This document shows positions 17,693 to 28,308 of a stretch of 64,000 bases of DNA, in pieces (within the stretch, counting starts at the first letter, position 1; each line of letters starts with the position of its first letter). Origin of the DNA: an uncultured bacterium (lineage in GTDB: Bacteria > Patescibacteriota > JACMRA01); contig OY969926.1 in NCBI GenBank assembly GCA_963704645.1, positions 896,001-960,000 of the forward strand. The letters are read 5' to 3'. A model generated the notes under the pieces. It ran no database searches and had not been told where the DNA came from. It saw only the letters and a list, made by a program, of their open reading frames with translations. The translations under genes were made by a program, and so were the position numbers.

Positions 17693-18745
17693 TTAATGGT
17701 TTGTTGTAGAAGACTTTGCCAAATCTGAAAACCTAACTGAGGGGAAATTACTTTGATAATATAAATCCGAACCAAATTGCGAAGCTAAAATATAAGAAGT
17801 TTCACGTACATCAAAATATAATCCACCTTGTTCTTGAATATGCATTGAATTACTTTCGTCTATAACAAAAATTGCTGAAATTTGGTTATAAGGTAAAAAT
17901 AATCCAGCTCTGGTTGTAAAATATACATTTTTCTTTATATTTTTTGAATCTGGAAGCAAAAGGCTTTTTATTGTAGCTTTAGAGGCTTTATCTTTCCCAG
18001 AGGTAAAACTATATAGATGAACATCTGAAAACTCCTTTAAATTGATTTGTGAAAGCCATTTTTTTAAAAGTTTAATTTCTGGAAAGATAATTAGGGTATT
18101 TTTATACTGTACGTTTCGTATAAGGTACATTATACGTAGTATACTTTCTATATCCCCGTTTTTATCTTTATCTGTAATATTTTCATTATTAAAGTGTAAA
18201 TATTCAGTTTTACCAATTTTAATGGAATCAGGTTTTTGTGAAACTCCAAAATTATTATTTGGGCTGGAATTTTCATTTTTTGCTAAAATTTTATTATTGT
18301 AATTTTCTGTGATAATTTTCCAATCGGCTTTTATTAACAAATTAAAACTTTCAAGGCCGGCAGATAAAACTCTGTTCATGCTACTGAAATTGTTAAAAGC
18401 AACACTTTGCCAAAAATTCATTAAGTTGGATGAAAAAATGTATGGTAAAATATTTTCAATTGGTTTAACTTCGTATTTAGACTTCGCTATTTCCTCTGAA
18501 GGCAACGTTTGGGCAGATTCAACTTCTTTAGGGAAATTACCAATCAACTCTGAAGTTTCATCGTTATCTACAATTTTAGTCGTTTCCTTGCTCTCCACCC
18601 TACTCTGTTTGAAAATAACCCCTTTTTCTAAAGTATTTCTTATAGAGACTTCAACTAGCTGGCCAATTGCTAAATCTTCCTGTGAAGAATAGGTTAAAAA
18701 GCTGATAGGTAAAAGCTTTTCGGTTAAAACAGCATAATGATACAT
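17693..18745 (-). CDS. priA: PriA N-terminal half (3'-DNA-binding domain + degenerate helicase lobe 1)
   Basis: LTY...LAIGQLVEV..R....GVI; IIFPEI; TRAGLFLP...IFVIDESN...QEQ..Y..RE; no GSGKT. Confidence 0.75.
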   Translation of the reverse strand: MYHYAVLTEKLLPISFLTYSSQEDLAIGQLVEVSIRNTLEKGVIFKQSRVESKETTKIVDNDETSELIGNFPKEVESAQTLPSEEIAKSKYEVKPIENILPYIFSSNLMNFWQSVAFNNFSSMNRVLSAGLESFNLLIKADWKIITENYNNKILAKNENSSPNNNFGVSQKPDSIKIGKTEYLHFNNENITDKDKNGDIESILRIMYLIRNVQYKNTLIIFPEIKLLKKWLSQINLKEFSDVHLYSFTSGKDKASKATIKSLLLPDSKNIKKNVYFTTRAGLFLPYNQISAIFVIDESNSMHIQEQGGLYFDVRETSYILASQFGSDLYYQSNFPSVRFSDLAKSSTTNH

Positions 18746-18796
18746 TACCCAAATTGTCTATTTTTAGGCGTTATTTGTCAAAGCTAATTTAAAATT

Positions 18797-19372
18797 TTAT
18801 TTTGCATTTTTCAGTATTAAATCAGCAAATTTGGGCGTAACGTCCGTAAGTTCAAAACTGTTTTCTGATATTTTAACCGAAGACACAAGTAAATCTTGTA
18901 TAGACTTTTTTAACTTATTACTCAAAAACTTTATTCCTAGTTGTTTTCCATCTTTATAATTAGTTATGAAGTATTCAGAGATGAAACTTTCAGTTATTAT
19001 TTGCAAATTATCCTTTGAAAGCTTAGAATCTATCCACTCTCCATAATAATCAAGTACAATAACTGCAATTCTGTTGGCAATTTCTTTCTCTGTTTCAGTA
19101 TTATCAAGTTTTTTATCTTTTAGGTTTGTAATTTCTTCCAAAATATAATCCTCTTCGAAATCTTCTAAGCTAAAGCCAATTTTAGCAGCTGTACTATAAG
19201 CATATTTTAAAATATCTTCATCATTACTAAAATTATATTCAACTGCCTCTGGAATATATTCAACTAAATCGCCTTCCTCGCCATCAACCGCCACAAAACC
19301 TGGAATTTGTTCTATATCTTCATCGTTATGATTCGTTTCAGCCTGATCAACTATTTTTTTTAGAGATGCCAC
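18797..19372 (-). CDS. Acidic hypothetical protein
   Basis: 191-aa ORF overlapping the giant ORF; resembles its C-terminal repeats. Confidence 0.7.
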   Translation of the reverse strand: MASLKKIVDQAETNHNDEDIEQIPGFVAVDGEEGDLVEYIPEAVEYNFSNDEDILKYAYSTAAKIGFSLEDFEEDYILEEITNLKDKKLDNTETEKEIANRIAVIVLDYYGEWIDSKLSKDNLQIITESFISEYFITNYKDGKQLGIKFLSNKLKKSIQDLLVSSVKISENSFELTDVTPKFADLILKNAK

Positions 19373-22300
19373 TGTCTAATTCCTTAAACAAGTTTGCTAT
19401 TGCTTCAATTTTTTGCCTACTTTCTGTTAGTTTAAAAACAAAGTTACCAGTTGGGTCAGTTAGTACAGTTGTTGCAACTAACATATTTCCTAGTGATACT
19501 TGTTCTGACGGGCTTAAAGCGAAGTTATTTTTAAGAAATTCATTTGCAGCATTAGGACTTTGTTCTGGTTTTACATCGTTAGTATTTAAGTAATCAATGA
19601 ACTTTTGGGCAATAATTTCCGCAGAAACATTATACATTGTATTTTCAATTTCTTCGTTACTTAAATTAATTTTTAATACAGACACACCCTGAATATTTTT
19701 TTCAAATAAACTATCTGTAGTCTTTTCAATTTTTTCTTTGTCTGCAGATTCAATAAATTTTCTATTATTTACAAATTTAGTAAAGAAATCATACGCTAAG
19801 TCATCAATCTTATCAGCATATGTATATCTTAGTTGTTCCTTACTTATATCTTCTGTAGAAGTTGTTATACCTACATTTTTGATTGCTGAAATTAACAAAA
19901 AATGGGAGGGTTTTGTCTCTTTATTCTGTTGAGTTAGTTGTGCAATTTCTAGTAAAGCTGATTGTATTGGTATTATACTTTGCTGGTTAAAATTGTTCTT
20001 ACAAAATTCAGCAACAATATCATTAATAGCCTCTTTTTCTGTAGTTGGCTTTACTACTTCTTTTAAACTTATAATTATATCTTCCACTACTATATTTAGT
20101 GTAGTTTGGTTAATACCATCAGATTCTGACATTGCATTACTTTCATCTATCTGTCTGTTAAAACGAAGAATAAATTCTGATTCCTGAAGTTTGGGTTTAT
20201 ATCCAATTTTGTTTACTAAACCAGCAAAAACTTTCAAAGCTTCATCTGTAGCAGCATTTTCCCATGGGGCTGGCAACGGAACTACGTCTGACTGATAATT
20301 TTGTAGGAATTCATGAGCTAAATCAGTATTGAAAACTATATATTTACCATCACCTTCCAATACAGAAAGAGCGAGTATTGTTTTAAGACTCGATGCGTTA
20401 ATATTCGTTAAATTTGTACGTTCCCTTATAAACATCTCTGCGGCAACATTTACATTTAAAGCTGCGGTACTATTATCATTTAGATATTCTGTAAACTTTG
20501 CTAGCAATTCTGTACTCGCTAAATCTAAAGAAGCTTCATCAATATTGCTAACTAATTTATCGTCAATCAAGTCCAATGCTTTGGCACTAAGATTTGTTTC
20601 TTCATCACCTTGTAGAACATATCCAATAGAACTTAGAATGTTTTTTGATTTTTCTGAAAGATCGCTGGAATTAATAGACTCTGCTGATGACAAGTTTAAA
20701 TTCATATTTGGATTCGAAATTTCAACTTTAGGTTCAATTACAATAGCTGGATTAGGCAATACTGGCTCTAAACCATCTACTAAACCTTCGCTTTTAGGTT
20801 TTGGTTTAACTTCTAAACTATTATCAATATCAATAATTGGTTTTACTGGAGATGGTGTTGTTTCTGAAGAATTAACTACTGGTTTTTTTTCTTCATTAGA
20901 AGTTGATTGAGCTGCACTGCCCTCAAACTGTTCTTTTAATTTTGAAGTTATAAATTTTTTGTAGTCATCTTCTAGACCAACAACAGTATCATCGCCGAAT
21001 TTAGATCCAATAATTAAATCTGTAAAAGCATTTCTTGTTTGAACATCTTTAATATTAGTGCAAAATTGTGACATAAAACCACGAACGATCGCTTGCCTCT
21101 GAACAGTGGTGTTGTTTGTTGAGTTATAAATAACTTCAGCATTTACCTTAATTTTATTGTCAATAAATAATCTTCCTTGAAGTGCTAGTTCCTCTGTTAA
21201 TGTTTTCAAAAGAACATCGTTCATTTTTTCTACATTATAATTACCATTATTATCAATAATTACTTCCTGCATCCATTTTCCATTTTTATATTTATCGCTT
21301 ACTAAGTTAGGGTCTAAACCAATTTGCTTTAGCCTATCACTAAACATGTTATTGTATAGTTCTTTAACTTCTTTTTGTTTTTCTAAACCTTTCTTAATTT
21401 CATCTTGCTTTTTTTCGATTGCATATTGTGCTAACTCCTTATTTTGGAGCATATCATAATATTTTTCTTGAACCTTTTTGCCCACATCAGCAGATGTTAA
21501 TTGTTCTGTTGAATTAACCATTTCGTAAATAAAAGGGGCAAATTTAATCTCTTTATTTTGATCTAGCCAATCTTTTGTGAATATCTTCCTATCGCCTCCA
21601 ATTGAAAATAGTTCAGCTTCTGCTTGATCTATTATACCTTCTTTCAACCACTCTTTAACCCAAGCTTCTTTTAATTTATCTTTCATGTTTTTAATTTCAT
21701 TACCCAGCCTATGATTAAGTTGCTCTTGAGTTCTCACATTTAGGTTATTTTCAGAATATATCATCTTGAAGCGAGGTGAAACATCGGTATGGGTTAAACC
21801 AAGCACTTTATCTAAAATATCATAGGGGTCTACATTTTCATCTAAATCTCCTTTTGATTCAATACTATCTTTTAAATCTCGATATCTTTCTTTGATTGCA
21901 TCTTCCTTGCTTTGAGGCGCTTTGGGAATTAATATGGCTTTTGGTAAATCTGCGTCAGCGTTTTCTGGCACATCAATTAAATTTTGAGGATTATCAACGA
22001 TTTCTGTTTTAATATCTTCCTTAATTTCTACCACAACAGTTTCAGATGTCTCAGTATCTTTTGTTTCTGGTATAATAACATCAAGCGTCTCTATAGTTTT
22101 TTTGTTTATTAATTCTAAATCTAAATTTTCAGCTGGTGGTATAAGTGTTTCCGCAATACTAGATCCAATTTCATTGATAACTGGAGGTGCAACAACTAAA
22201 TCTTCCTCAATTTGTTGGGGTGGTTGTGCCACTTCTGGTATTTTGTATTTAGCTATTGTATAACTTCCATCATTTGCAGCACATAAAATTCTATTTCCTT

Positions 22301-23456
22301 GCAATGGTAAAAGTGCGTAGAAATCTTTACCTTCTTTACTAAAGGCAAATTGACCTGGAGTTAAAATACCACCATTTTCAACTTTGACTCTTTTACCCTC
22401 TAAAGCTTTAACTGCATTAGAAAGATATTCTCTAACTGTGTCTGGATTTGCTCTTTCACCTATAAAATAACGCTCTTTTTCTGAGTCAATAAACAGTGGA
22501 TTTCCGTTATCAAAATGAGTTAAATTTATTAAATTTGGGTTAGCTGCAATTTTTTCTAAAACATCAAAAGCTTTTGCAGTAGGTGGTAATTCTCTTGTAT
22601 ATTCTAAGCCTGTTAAAAATAGATCTGCATATTGCTGCATTTCTAGAGCCGATCTATTAAGCTTCTTAAATTCCTTTAAAACCAGTAATAAAATTTTAGG
22701 ATCAGCTTGAATGTTGTGTTGTTTGAAATATTTTGACACTTGGTCAACAGTATCTAAATAAAAAAGTGATTGATTTTTTTCAATAATTTTAGTTTGTTCT
22801 ACCATTGCTTTACGGTCGAAACCTATATTTTTTAGGGCTGAATAAAAATTAGTACATGAATTATTATACTTTTCTATAACAAGCTCTTTTGCTGCTTCAG
22901 CTTGTTGCCTTTTTTTTAAATTCTTAGTATCTTCACTTTCATAACCAAATCTAGAGGCGACTGCATTATACGCATTACCTACCATCTTATCAAATTTACC
23001 TTTTTTTGGTTCAGGTTTTGCAACAAAAGATATTTCTATTTTTAATTGTTCTGGGTTATTAACAAAATTTTCTGGTGTGTTATTTTCTGGTGATGTTGTA
23101 GGCCTGATATCTTTGTTAATATTTACTCCTTGTTTCTGTGAATTTTGTCCGTCAGCAATTAGTTTATCAAGATAAGATAATTGTGCATAAGGAATCTCTG
23201 CGGAATTTGGTCTTTCTATTTGAACACTTTCACTTGCCACTGCTCCAGCACTTTCAACACCAATATGTTCTGGAACTTCATTTTCTTCAATAATTCCAAT
23301 CTGACTAGATTTTTCTGCTTTGGAATTTCGCGCTTCTGTAGCTCTCTCAATAATTTTTTCAAGTTCGGGATTTGGCTCTGTTTTACCTACCACACTTGAA
23401 CCAACTACCTTTGTATCTACTGTGTTGTAAATTTGTGGTTCTCTTGGCTCTGGCAT
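19347..23456 (-). CDS. Giant hypothetical protein with low-complexity linkers and C-terminal helical repeats
   Basis: 1369-aa uninterrupted ORF; no recognised motif. Confidence 0.85.
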   Translation of the reverse strand: MPEPREPQIYNTVDTKVVGSSVVGKTEPNPELEKIIERATEARNSKAEKSSQIGIIEENEVPEHIGVESAGAVASESVQIERPNSAEIPYAQLSYLDKLIADGQNSQKQGVNINKDIRPTTSPENNTPENFVNNPEQLKIEISFVAKPEPKKGKFDKMVGNAYNAVASRFGYESEDTKNLKKRQQAEAAKELVIEKYNNSCTNFYSALKNIGFDRKAMVEQTKIIEKNQSLFYLDTVDQVSKYFKQHNIQADPKILLLVLKEFKKLNRSALEMQQYADLFLTGLEYTRELPPTAKAFDVLEKIAANPNLINLTHFDNGNPLFIDSEKERYFIGERANPDTVREYLSNAVKALEGKRVKVENGGILTPGQFAFSKEGKDFYALLPLQGNRILCAANDGSYTIAKYKIPEVAQPPQQIEEDLVVAPPVINEIGSSIAETLIPPAENLDLELINKKTIETLDVIIPETKDTETSETVVVEIKEDIKTEIVDNPQNLIDVPENADADLPKAILIPKAPQSKEDAIKERYRDLKDSIESKGDLDENVDPYDILDKVLGLTHTDVSPRFKMIYSENNLNVRTQEQLNHRLGNEIKNMKDKLKEAWVKEWLKEGIIDQAEAELFSIGGDRKIFTKDWLDQNKEIKFAPFIYEMVNSTEQLTSADVGKKVQEKYYDMLQNKELAQYAIEKKQDEIKKGLEKQKEVKELYNNMFSDRLKQIGLDPNLVSDKYKNGKWMQEVIIDNNGNYNVEKMNDVLLKTLTEELALQGRLFIDNKIKVNAEVIYNSTNNTTVQRQAIVRGFMSQFCTNIKDVQTRNAFTDLIIGSKFGDDTVVGLEDDYKKFITSKLKEQFEGSAAQSTSNEEKKPVVNSSETTPSPVKPIIDIDNSLEVKPKPKSEGLVDGLEPVLPNPAIVIEPKVEISNPNMNLNLSSAESINSSDLSEKSKNILSSIGYVLQGDEETNLSAKALDLIDDKLVSNIDEASLDLASTELLAKFTEYLNDNSTAALNVNVAAEMFIRERTNLTNINASSLKTILALSVLEGDGKYIVFNTDLAHEFLQNYQSDVVPLPAPWENAATDEALKVFAGLVNKIGYKPKLQESEFILRFNRQIDESNAMSESDGINQTTLNIVVEDIIISLKEVVKPTTEKEAINDIVAEFCKNNFNQQSIIPIQSALLEIAQLTQQNKETKPSHFLLISAIKNVGITTSTEDISKEQLRYTYADKIDDLAYDFFTKFVNNRKFIESADKEKIEKTTDSLFEKNIQGVSVLKINLSNEEIENTMYNVSAEIIAQKFIDYLNTNDVKPEQSPNAANEFLKNNFALSPSEQVSLGNMLVATTVLTDPTGNFVFKLTESRQKIEAIANLFKELDSGISKKNS

Positions 23457-23730
23457 ATTTTAAATAACTGGTTAATTTTTTATTAATTATATTTGCATTG
23501 TAGCACAGGGTTTTGAAGTTGACAAACATATTTGGCGGCGTAATATTTAGGCTTGTAAGAAAGGTTGTGAACTTGTGATTAGTTTTATATTCTAGAACAA
23601 ATTATGCAGGTTAGAATGTTTGTCTTTTTTTTGGGATCAAAGTATGCTTATGTAAGGTTTAAAGCTTTTCTGTAGCAATTAGAACTTAGTAGTTTTAAAA
23701 AAAATTTACGATTGTCACCAGCTCTGAGGT

Positions 23731-23760
23731 TTAGACCCTGAAACAAGTTCAGGGTGACAG
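23731..23760. repeat. Palindromic repeat TAGACCCTGAAACAAGTTCAGGGTGACA
   Basis: CCCTGAA/TTCAGGG stem; related copies at 16971, 37745, 38849, 46128, 58924. Confidence 0.85.
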
Positions 23761-23905
23761 TTCTCAAAAGTTCGGTTATATAAATTCAAGAATTGAAATT
23801 TATTTTTATCTCATTAAAATTCAAGATGACTGCTGGAGCTCTAACTTTCAGATTAACCCTTTTTACTAATCAAAATTTTCATTCCACTTTCCCAAACACA
23901 ACCAT

Positions 23906-24958
23906 ATGCCTGAAATTCAAGAGAATATCATTTTAGCTCCGTATACAACTTGGGGAATTGGGGGAGCTGCTGAATATTTTTTGGAAGCTAAAACTTCGTA
24001 CGAAATAATTGAAGCCTTAAATTGGGCTAAGCAGAAAAACTTAAAATACTATATTTTAGGGAATGGTTCTAATGTTTTAATTCCAGACGAAGGTTTAAAA
24101 GGCTTGGTAATTGTGAACAAAACAAAGGAGATTATTATTTTGGGAGAGAACATTTTAAAACAAAATGACGAGGTAGGAGTGGATGCTATCAACATGGAAA
24201 TGACAAATGCCAGTACGTCTGGAGGAGTGCAGGTTCCACATAGACATAATGAAACAGGAGATGAAAACTTTTTAAAATTTGCCGATTTAGATTATGAAGA
24301 AAGTGGTAATATTGTTCAAGTTCACTTCGATTCTGGGGTGGACATTGGTTTTGCCATAGCCTGGTGCTTAAAAAATAATTTATCTGGTTTACAGTGGTAC
24401 GCTGGTATTCCAAGTACAATGGGCGGCGCTTTGTTTAACAATATTCATGGAGGAACACATCATCTTTCGGAAAGATTTGAGTGCGCAATAATCATAGATG
24501 AAAATGGAGAAGTTAGAGAAGTTAAGGCAGATTTTTTTAATTTTGGTTACGATCAAAGCGTTTTAAGGGAAAACTCAAAAATTGTGGTACTTTCTGTAAC
24601 TTTAAATTTGTTTGAAGGCGATGTAGAAAGATCTAAACTTGTTGCTATGGACTGGCTTAGACGTAAAAAAGTTCAGCCAAGAAAAAGTTGTGGTAGCGTG
24701 TTTAAAAACTTAACTGAAGAGAACAGAGCAAAATTAAACTTGCCTACACCAAGCGCAGGGTATGTTATAGATAAACTTTTGGGTTTGCGCGGATACCAAG
24801 TGGGAAATATGCAAATACCAGAAACCCATGGTAATTTTATTGTGAACTTGGGTGGAGGAACAGCCAAAGAAACCTTGGAAATTATTAATAAGGTTAAGAG
24901 TGATGCCTTAGAAAAGTTAGGTCTAGTTATGGTGGAGGAGGTTAAGATTATGGGGTAA
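23906..24958 (+). CDS. murB: UDP-N-acetylmuramate dehydrogenase
   Basis: LAPYTTWGIGGAA, LGNGSNVL..D, GIPSTMGGA..NN, SCGSVFKN, HGNFIVN. Confidence 0.95.
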   Translation: MPEIQENIILAPYTTWGIGGAAEYFLEAKTSYEIIEALNWAKQKNLKYYILGNGSNVLIPDEGLKGLVIVNKTKEIIILGENILKQNDEVGVDAINMEMTNASTSGGVQVPHRHNETGDENFLKFADLDYEESGNIVQVHFDSGVDIGFAIAWCLKNNLSGLQWYAGIPSTMGGALFNNIHGGTHHLSERFECAIIIDENGEVREVKADFFNFGYDQSVLRENSKIVVLSVTLNLFEGDVERSKLVAMDWLRRKKVQPRKSCGSVFKNLTEENRAKLNLPTPSAGYVIDKLLGLRGYQVGNMQIPETHGNFIVNLGGGTAKETLEIINKVKSDALEKLGLVMVEEVKIMG

Positions 24959-24970
24959 AGCGATTATATT

Positions 24971-24993
24971 GTAGCGGCGAAGTTTACGAGCCA
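24971..24993 (+). repeat. GTAG-type REP-like palindrome
   Basis: gtagcggcgaagtttacgagcca. Confidence 0.75.
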
Positions 24994-25286
24994 CAATGCA
25001 TGAGTAGAGTTCACGAGCCAAATTATGGGGTAAATTGTGGCATAAAAAAAGTAGGCAACCAATGCGCCTACTCTGAATCCTTTAATTTTTCAGTATCAAA
25101 ATCAAAGGCTGCAAGCATTGCAAATAGAGAGGGGAAGGTTTTCAGACTAAGAATTTCGATTAAACAGACTGAAATAATGTTTAAAGCTTTGGACGCAGGG
25201 ATTCTGTATAGTCCAATAGAGACTTTTTGTCCTGCACTGGCATAAGTAAGTCCAACATGAGCGTATGTTTGGCAAATATAATTTCC

Positions 25287-26996
25287 CTACCCCTGTTTCC
25301 ATTTTAAATAATAATCTTGTAATTCTGGGTTTTGGAAGAAAATTATGGTATTGTTATCTATAAAACTGGAAATGGATTCTAACCATAGTTGTGATGTTTG
25401 CTGGCTTTGTTTAATATTTTCTGTAATTAATTCTAGTTCATTTTGATTTCGTATAATATATTCCTCTATATTATTGTCTATTAAATCTTCTGGTAGCACT
25501 ACTTTTAGCAATTTATAAAGTACATCCAATTTATTTTCAGTGTAATTATTTAAATACAGGGCAATTAAATTCTGCCATGAAACAAGTATTCTTTGGTATT
25601 TTTCAGTCTTAGATTTGTTAACAAAACTAGAAATTTCAGGAACAGCTTCTTCCTCAGGAAAATTATTATTGGAAATACTTTTGGTTATCTTTTCTAGCTG
25701 GGAAGACAACGAAGCTACAGAAAGCTTTGTAATGTTGCTAAGTTTAATTAAATATTGTTCCTTACTAATATCGTCTAAACTTGAGGCTAGGTCTAAAATA
25801 TACAATATTGTTTGCTTTTGAATTTCTGCGTGCTTGCTTAATAAATTGGCTGATTGAGCACTTAGAATATAGTCTAAATAGAGTTTGGTTTCTAAATTAA
25901 TATTAGCAGCTGGCACTCCAGCAAATTCAGATTTTAAATATTCGTCTAAATCTTTGTAATTTTGAGGAATTATTACTTTTTGAACAGACAAATTATTCTG
26001 ACTGGCTAATTTGAAAAACTTATCTGAGCTTAATTTTCCAGCTTCATCGTTATCGAAGGCTAACCAAACAGTTTTGGTTATTGTAGAAAGCATTTTTACC
26101 TGAGCTGGTGTAAAAGAGGTTCCCTGAGAAGCCATTGTGTATTGCAAACCAGCTTGAAAACTTGCTACTACATCCATGTTTCCTTCAACAACAATAGCTT
26201 TCTTTTCTTGCAAAATGTGGGTTCTGGCCAAATGCCAACCGTACCAAATTTGGCTTTTATTAAACCAATTGTTTTGTGGAGAGTTTAAATATTTAGGTCT
26301 TTCAACTTTATCTGGCGGAATTGATCTACCTGTAAAACCAATCACCCTACCCGTTTTATCCCAAATTGGAAGCATTAAACGGTCTGTAAATTTGTCTTTA
26401 ATATTTTTAGCATCTGTTTTAACATCTGCTGTTTCTACTTCTTTTAATAGCCCAATATCTAATAATATTTGATTATCTAGTCCGTGTTTCTGCCCTAATT
26501 TTAACAAAAAATTATTTGTAGGTGCATAGCCTATTTGAAATTGGTTAATAATTTCCATAGTCAGTCCACGGGATAAACAATATTGGGTAATTCTGTTATC
26601 TTTGTCTTGCAAAAGCTTAAGCAAAATTTTATGATAAGTGGTTGCTCCAAATTCTAAATATTTAAAACCTTGTTCTTGTTGGTTAATTTGTTGCGGCGAA
26701 ATTTGCTTACGCTCTATTTTTTCTAGTTCTACACCTGCTTTTTTGGCTAAAATTTGAAGTGCTTCAGACTTAGTAATATGCTCGAACTCTTCCACAAATT
26801 TAAAAATATCTCCACCAACCCCACAGCCGAAACAATGCCAAATTCCTTTTTGCGGACTAATAATTAATGACGGGCTTTTTTCTTTATGAAACGGACAAAC
26901 ACAGCGGTAATTACCACCATTACTTTGTATAGGTATGTAAGCCGAAATAACCTCGTCTACGCTTAGCCTATTTTTAACATTTTCCCAGATGTTCAC
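25287..26996 (-). CDS. dnaG: DNA primase
   Basis: CPFHKEKSPS..WHCFGC Zn finger, KYLNSP, VEGNMDV, FDNDEAG, KDLDE. Confidence 0.97.
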   Translation of the reverse strand: MNIWENVKNRLSVDEVISAYIPIQSNGGNYRCVCPFHKEKSPSLIISPQKGIWHCFGCGVGGDIFKFVEEFEHITKSEALQILAKKAGVELEKIERKQISPQQINQQEQGFKYLEFGATTYHKILLKLLQDKDNRITQYCLSRGLTMEIINQFQIGYAPTNNFLLKLGQKHGLDNQILLDIGLLKEVETADVKTDAKNIKDKFTDRLMLPIWDKTGRVIGFTGRSIPPDKVERPKYLNSPQNNWFNKSQIWYGWHLARTHILQEKKAIVVEGNMDVVASFQAGLQYTMASQGTSFTPAQVKMLSTITKTVWLAFDNDEAGKLSSDKFFKLASQNNLSVQKVIIPQNYKDLDEYLKSEFAGVPAANINLETKLYLDYILSAQSANLLSKHAEIQKQTILYILDLASSLDDISKEQYLIKLSNITKLSVASLSSQLEKITKSISNNNFPEEEAVPEISSFVNKSKTEKYQRILVSWQNLIALYLNNYTENKLDVLYKLLKVVLPEDLIDNNIEEYIIRNQNELELITENIKQSQQTSQLWLESISSFIDNNTIIFFQNPELQDYYLKWKQG

Positions 26997-27072
26997 AATT
27001 AAATAGAGCTTGAAACAAGCTAAATGTCAATATTTTGCCAATCTTAATTTGATGGGTTACACTGTAAACAAC

Positions 27073-28131
27073 ATGATAAAGTTTGAAGGAATTAAATTTA
27101 GGCTTACAGCTTTAGCACTAATTATAACCAGTTTGTTTAATTGGTCTGTTTCTGTGTCTGCCCAAACTGCTAGCCAGCTAAGCTCTTTAGCCATACCTGC
27201 AACTGGTGGTAACAACCCCACAACCAATATTAATGAGCTTGAACTTAGAGACAGCTTGTTAGAGCTAGGCGGCAAATTTTTGCTATATTTCGCCTTGGTT
27301 TTTAGCTATTGGCTAATTTTAAAACTAATTAATTGGGCAGTTAATAAAACTATAAAAAGTGTAGTTGTAGTTAAATTAATAAAAGTACTTACTACTTCCA
27401 TATTTATTATTTCGGCTTTGGTTACAATTTTATTTGCTTTCGTAGGAAACTTAACCTTTCTAATTACCTCTTTTGGTGTTCTTTCTGCAGCTTTGGTTGT
27501 GGCTTTACAAGATTTTGTATCGTCTTTTTTTGCTTGGATGATGATAAAAATTAAGCAGCAATATAAGGTTGGCGATATTATAGAATTGAATAGTTCCAAA
27601 GGAGCTTTTACTGGAAGAGTAATAGAAATTGGTATTTTTAGAACAACTTTAAAAGAGAAAATTGGTGGAGAAGATATTGATAAAGAATTTTACACCGGGA
27701 AAATTAACTCTTTCCCCAACAACTTAATTTTAAAAGAGGGTGTTGTTAACCATACCTTAGACAACAAAATTTTGTGGAACGCCATAGATATAACAGTTAC
27801 TTTTGAATCTGATTACGAAAAAGCCAAAATAATTTTAGAAGAAATTGCCAACAAACAATTTTTATACGCCCTGGACCATAAAGACACCATGCTGGACGAT
27901 GTTTTTAATTTGAAAACACTGTACAAACCAAAAATTTACATGAGCATCGGGCTGGACGGAGTTGAATTTACAATATGGTTTGCCACCAGAATTGGCCAAT
28001 ACCGTGACAGTTTAGAAGAATATTCCAGACAAATTATGCATAAATTTAAAGCTGCAGATGTTCACCTGGCTTACAAAACCCACAGGGTTATATCTTCCCC
28101 AATGCACCAGCCTGTAGCCAGTGGCGGGTAA
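27073..28131 (+). CDS. mscS: Small-conductance mechanosensitive channel (start approximate)
   Basis: Three TMs, ALQD..S.FAW, YKVGD.I, G.V.EIG, PN. Confidence 0.88.
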   Translation: MIKFEGIKFRLTALALIITSLFNWSVSVSAQTASQLSSLAIPATGGNNPTTNINELELRDSLLELGGKFLLYFALVFSYWLILKLINWAVNKTIKSVVVVKLIKVLTTSIFIISALVTILFAFVGNLTFLITSFGVLSAALVVALQDFVSSFFAWMMIKIKQQYKVGDIIELNSSKGAFTGRVIEIGIFRTTLKEKIGGEDIDKEFYTGKINSFPNNLILKEGVVNHTLDNKILWNAIDITVTFESDYEKAKIILEEIANKQFLYALDHKDTMLDDVFNLKTLYKPKIYMSIGLDGVEFTIWFATRIGQYRDSLEEYSRQIMHKFKAADVHLAYKTHRVISSPMHQPVASGG

Positions 28132-28162
28132 ATTACCCAAAATAAATCTGTTCAGTTGAACT

Positions 28163-28185
28163 GTAGAGGCGAAGCTTGCGAGCAA
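28163..28185 (+). repeat. GTAG-type REP-like palindrome
   Basis: gtagaggcgaagcttgcgagcaa. Confidence 0.75.
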
Positions 28186-28308
28186 AAGTCTTTGAAATTC
28201 AATTAGTGCAAACATCAGGCAGGCATTTTTTCCGCAAATTGAATTGTTGACCCAACCAAAATTTTGTGCTATAAATAAAGAATTCTGTACCTTTATACAA
28301 ACAGAATT

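Noticed and set aside
20329-20910. 193-aa plus-strand ORF and the many other antisense ORFs in the track (e.g. 9549, 14390, 16421, 18309, 43384)
   Set aside because: Shadow frames opposite well-supported genes, with S/L/I/F-biased composition and no motifs
25000-25245. 81-aa plus-strand ORF after murB
   Set aside because: No SD or promoter; the terminator orientation supports the minus-strand remnant instead
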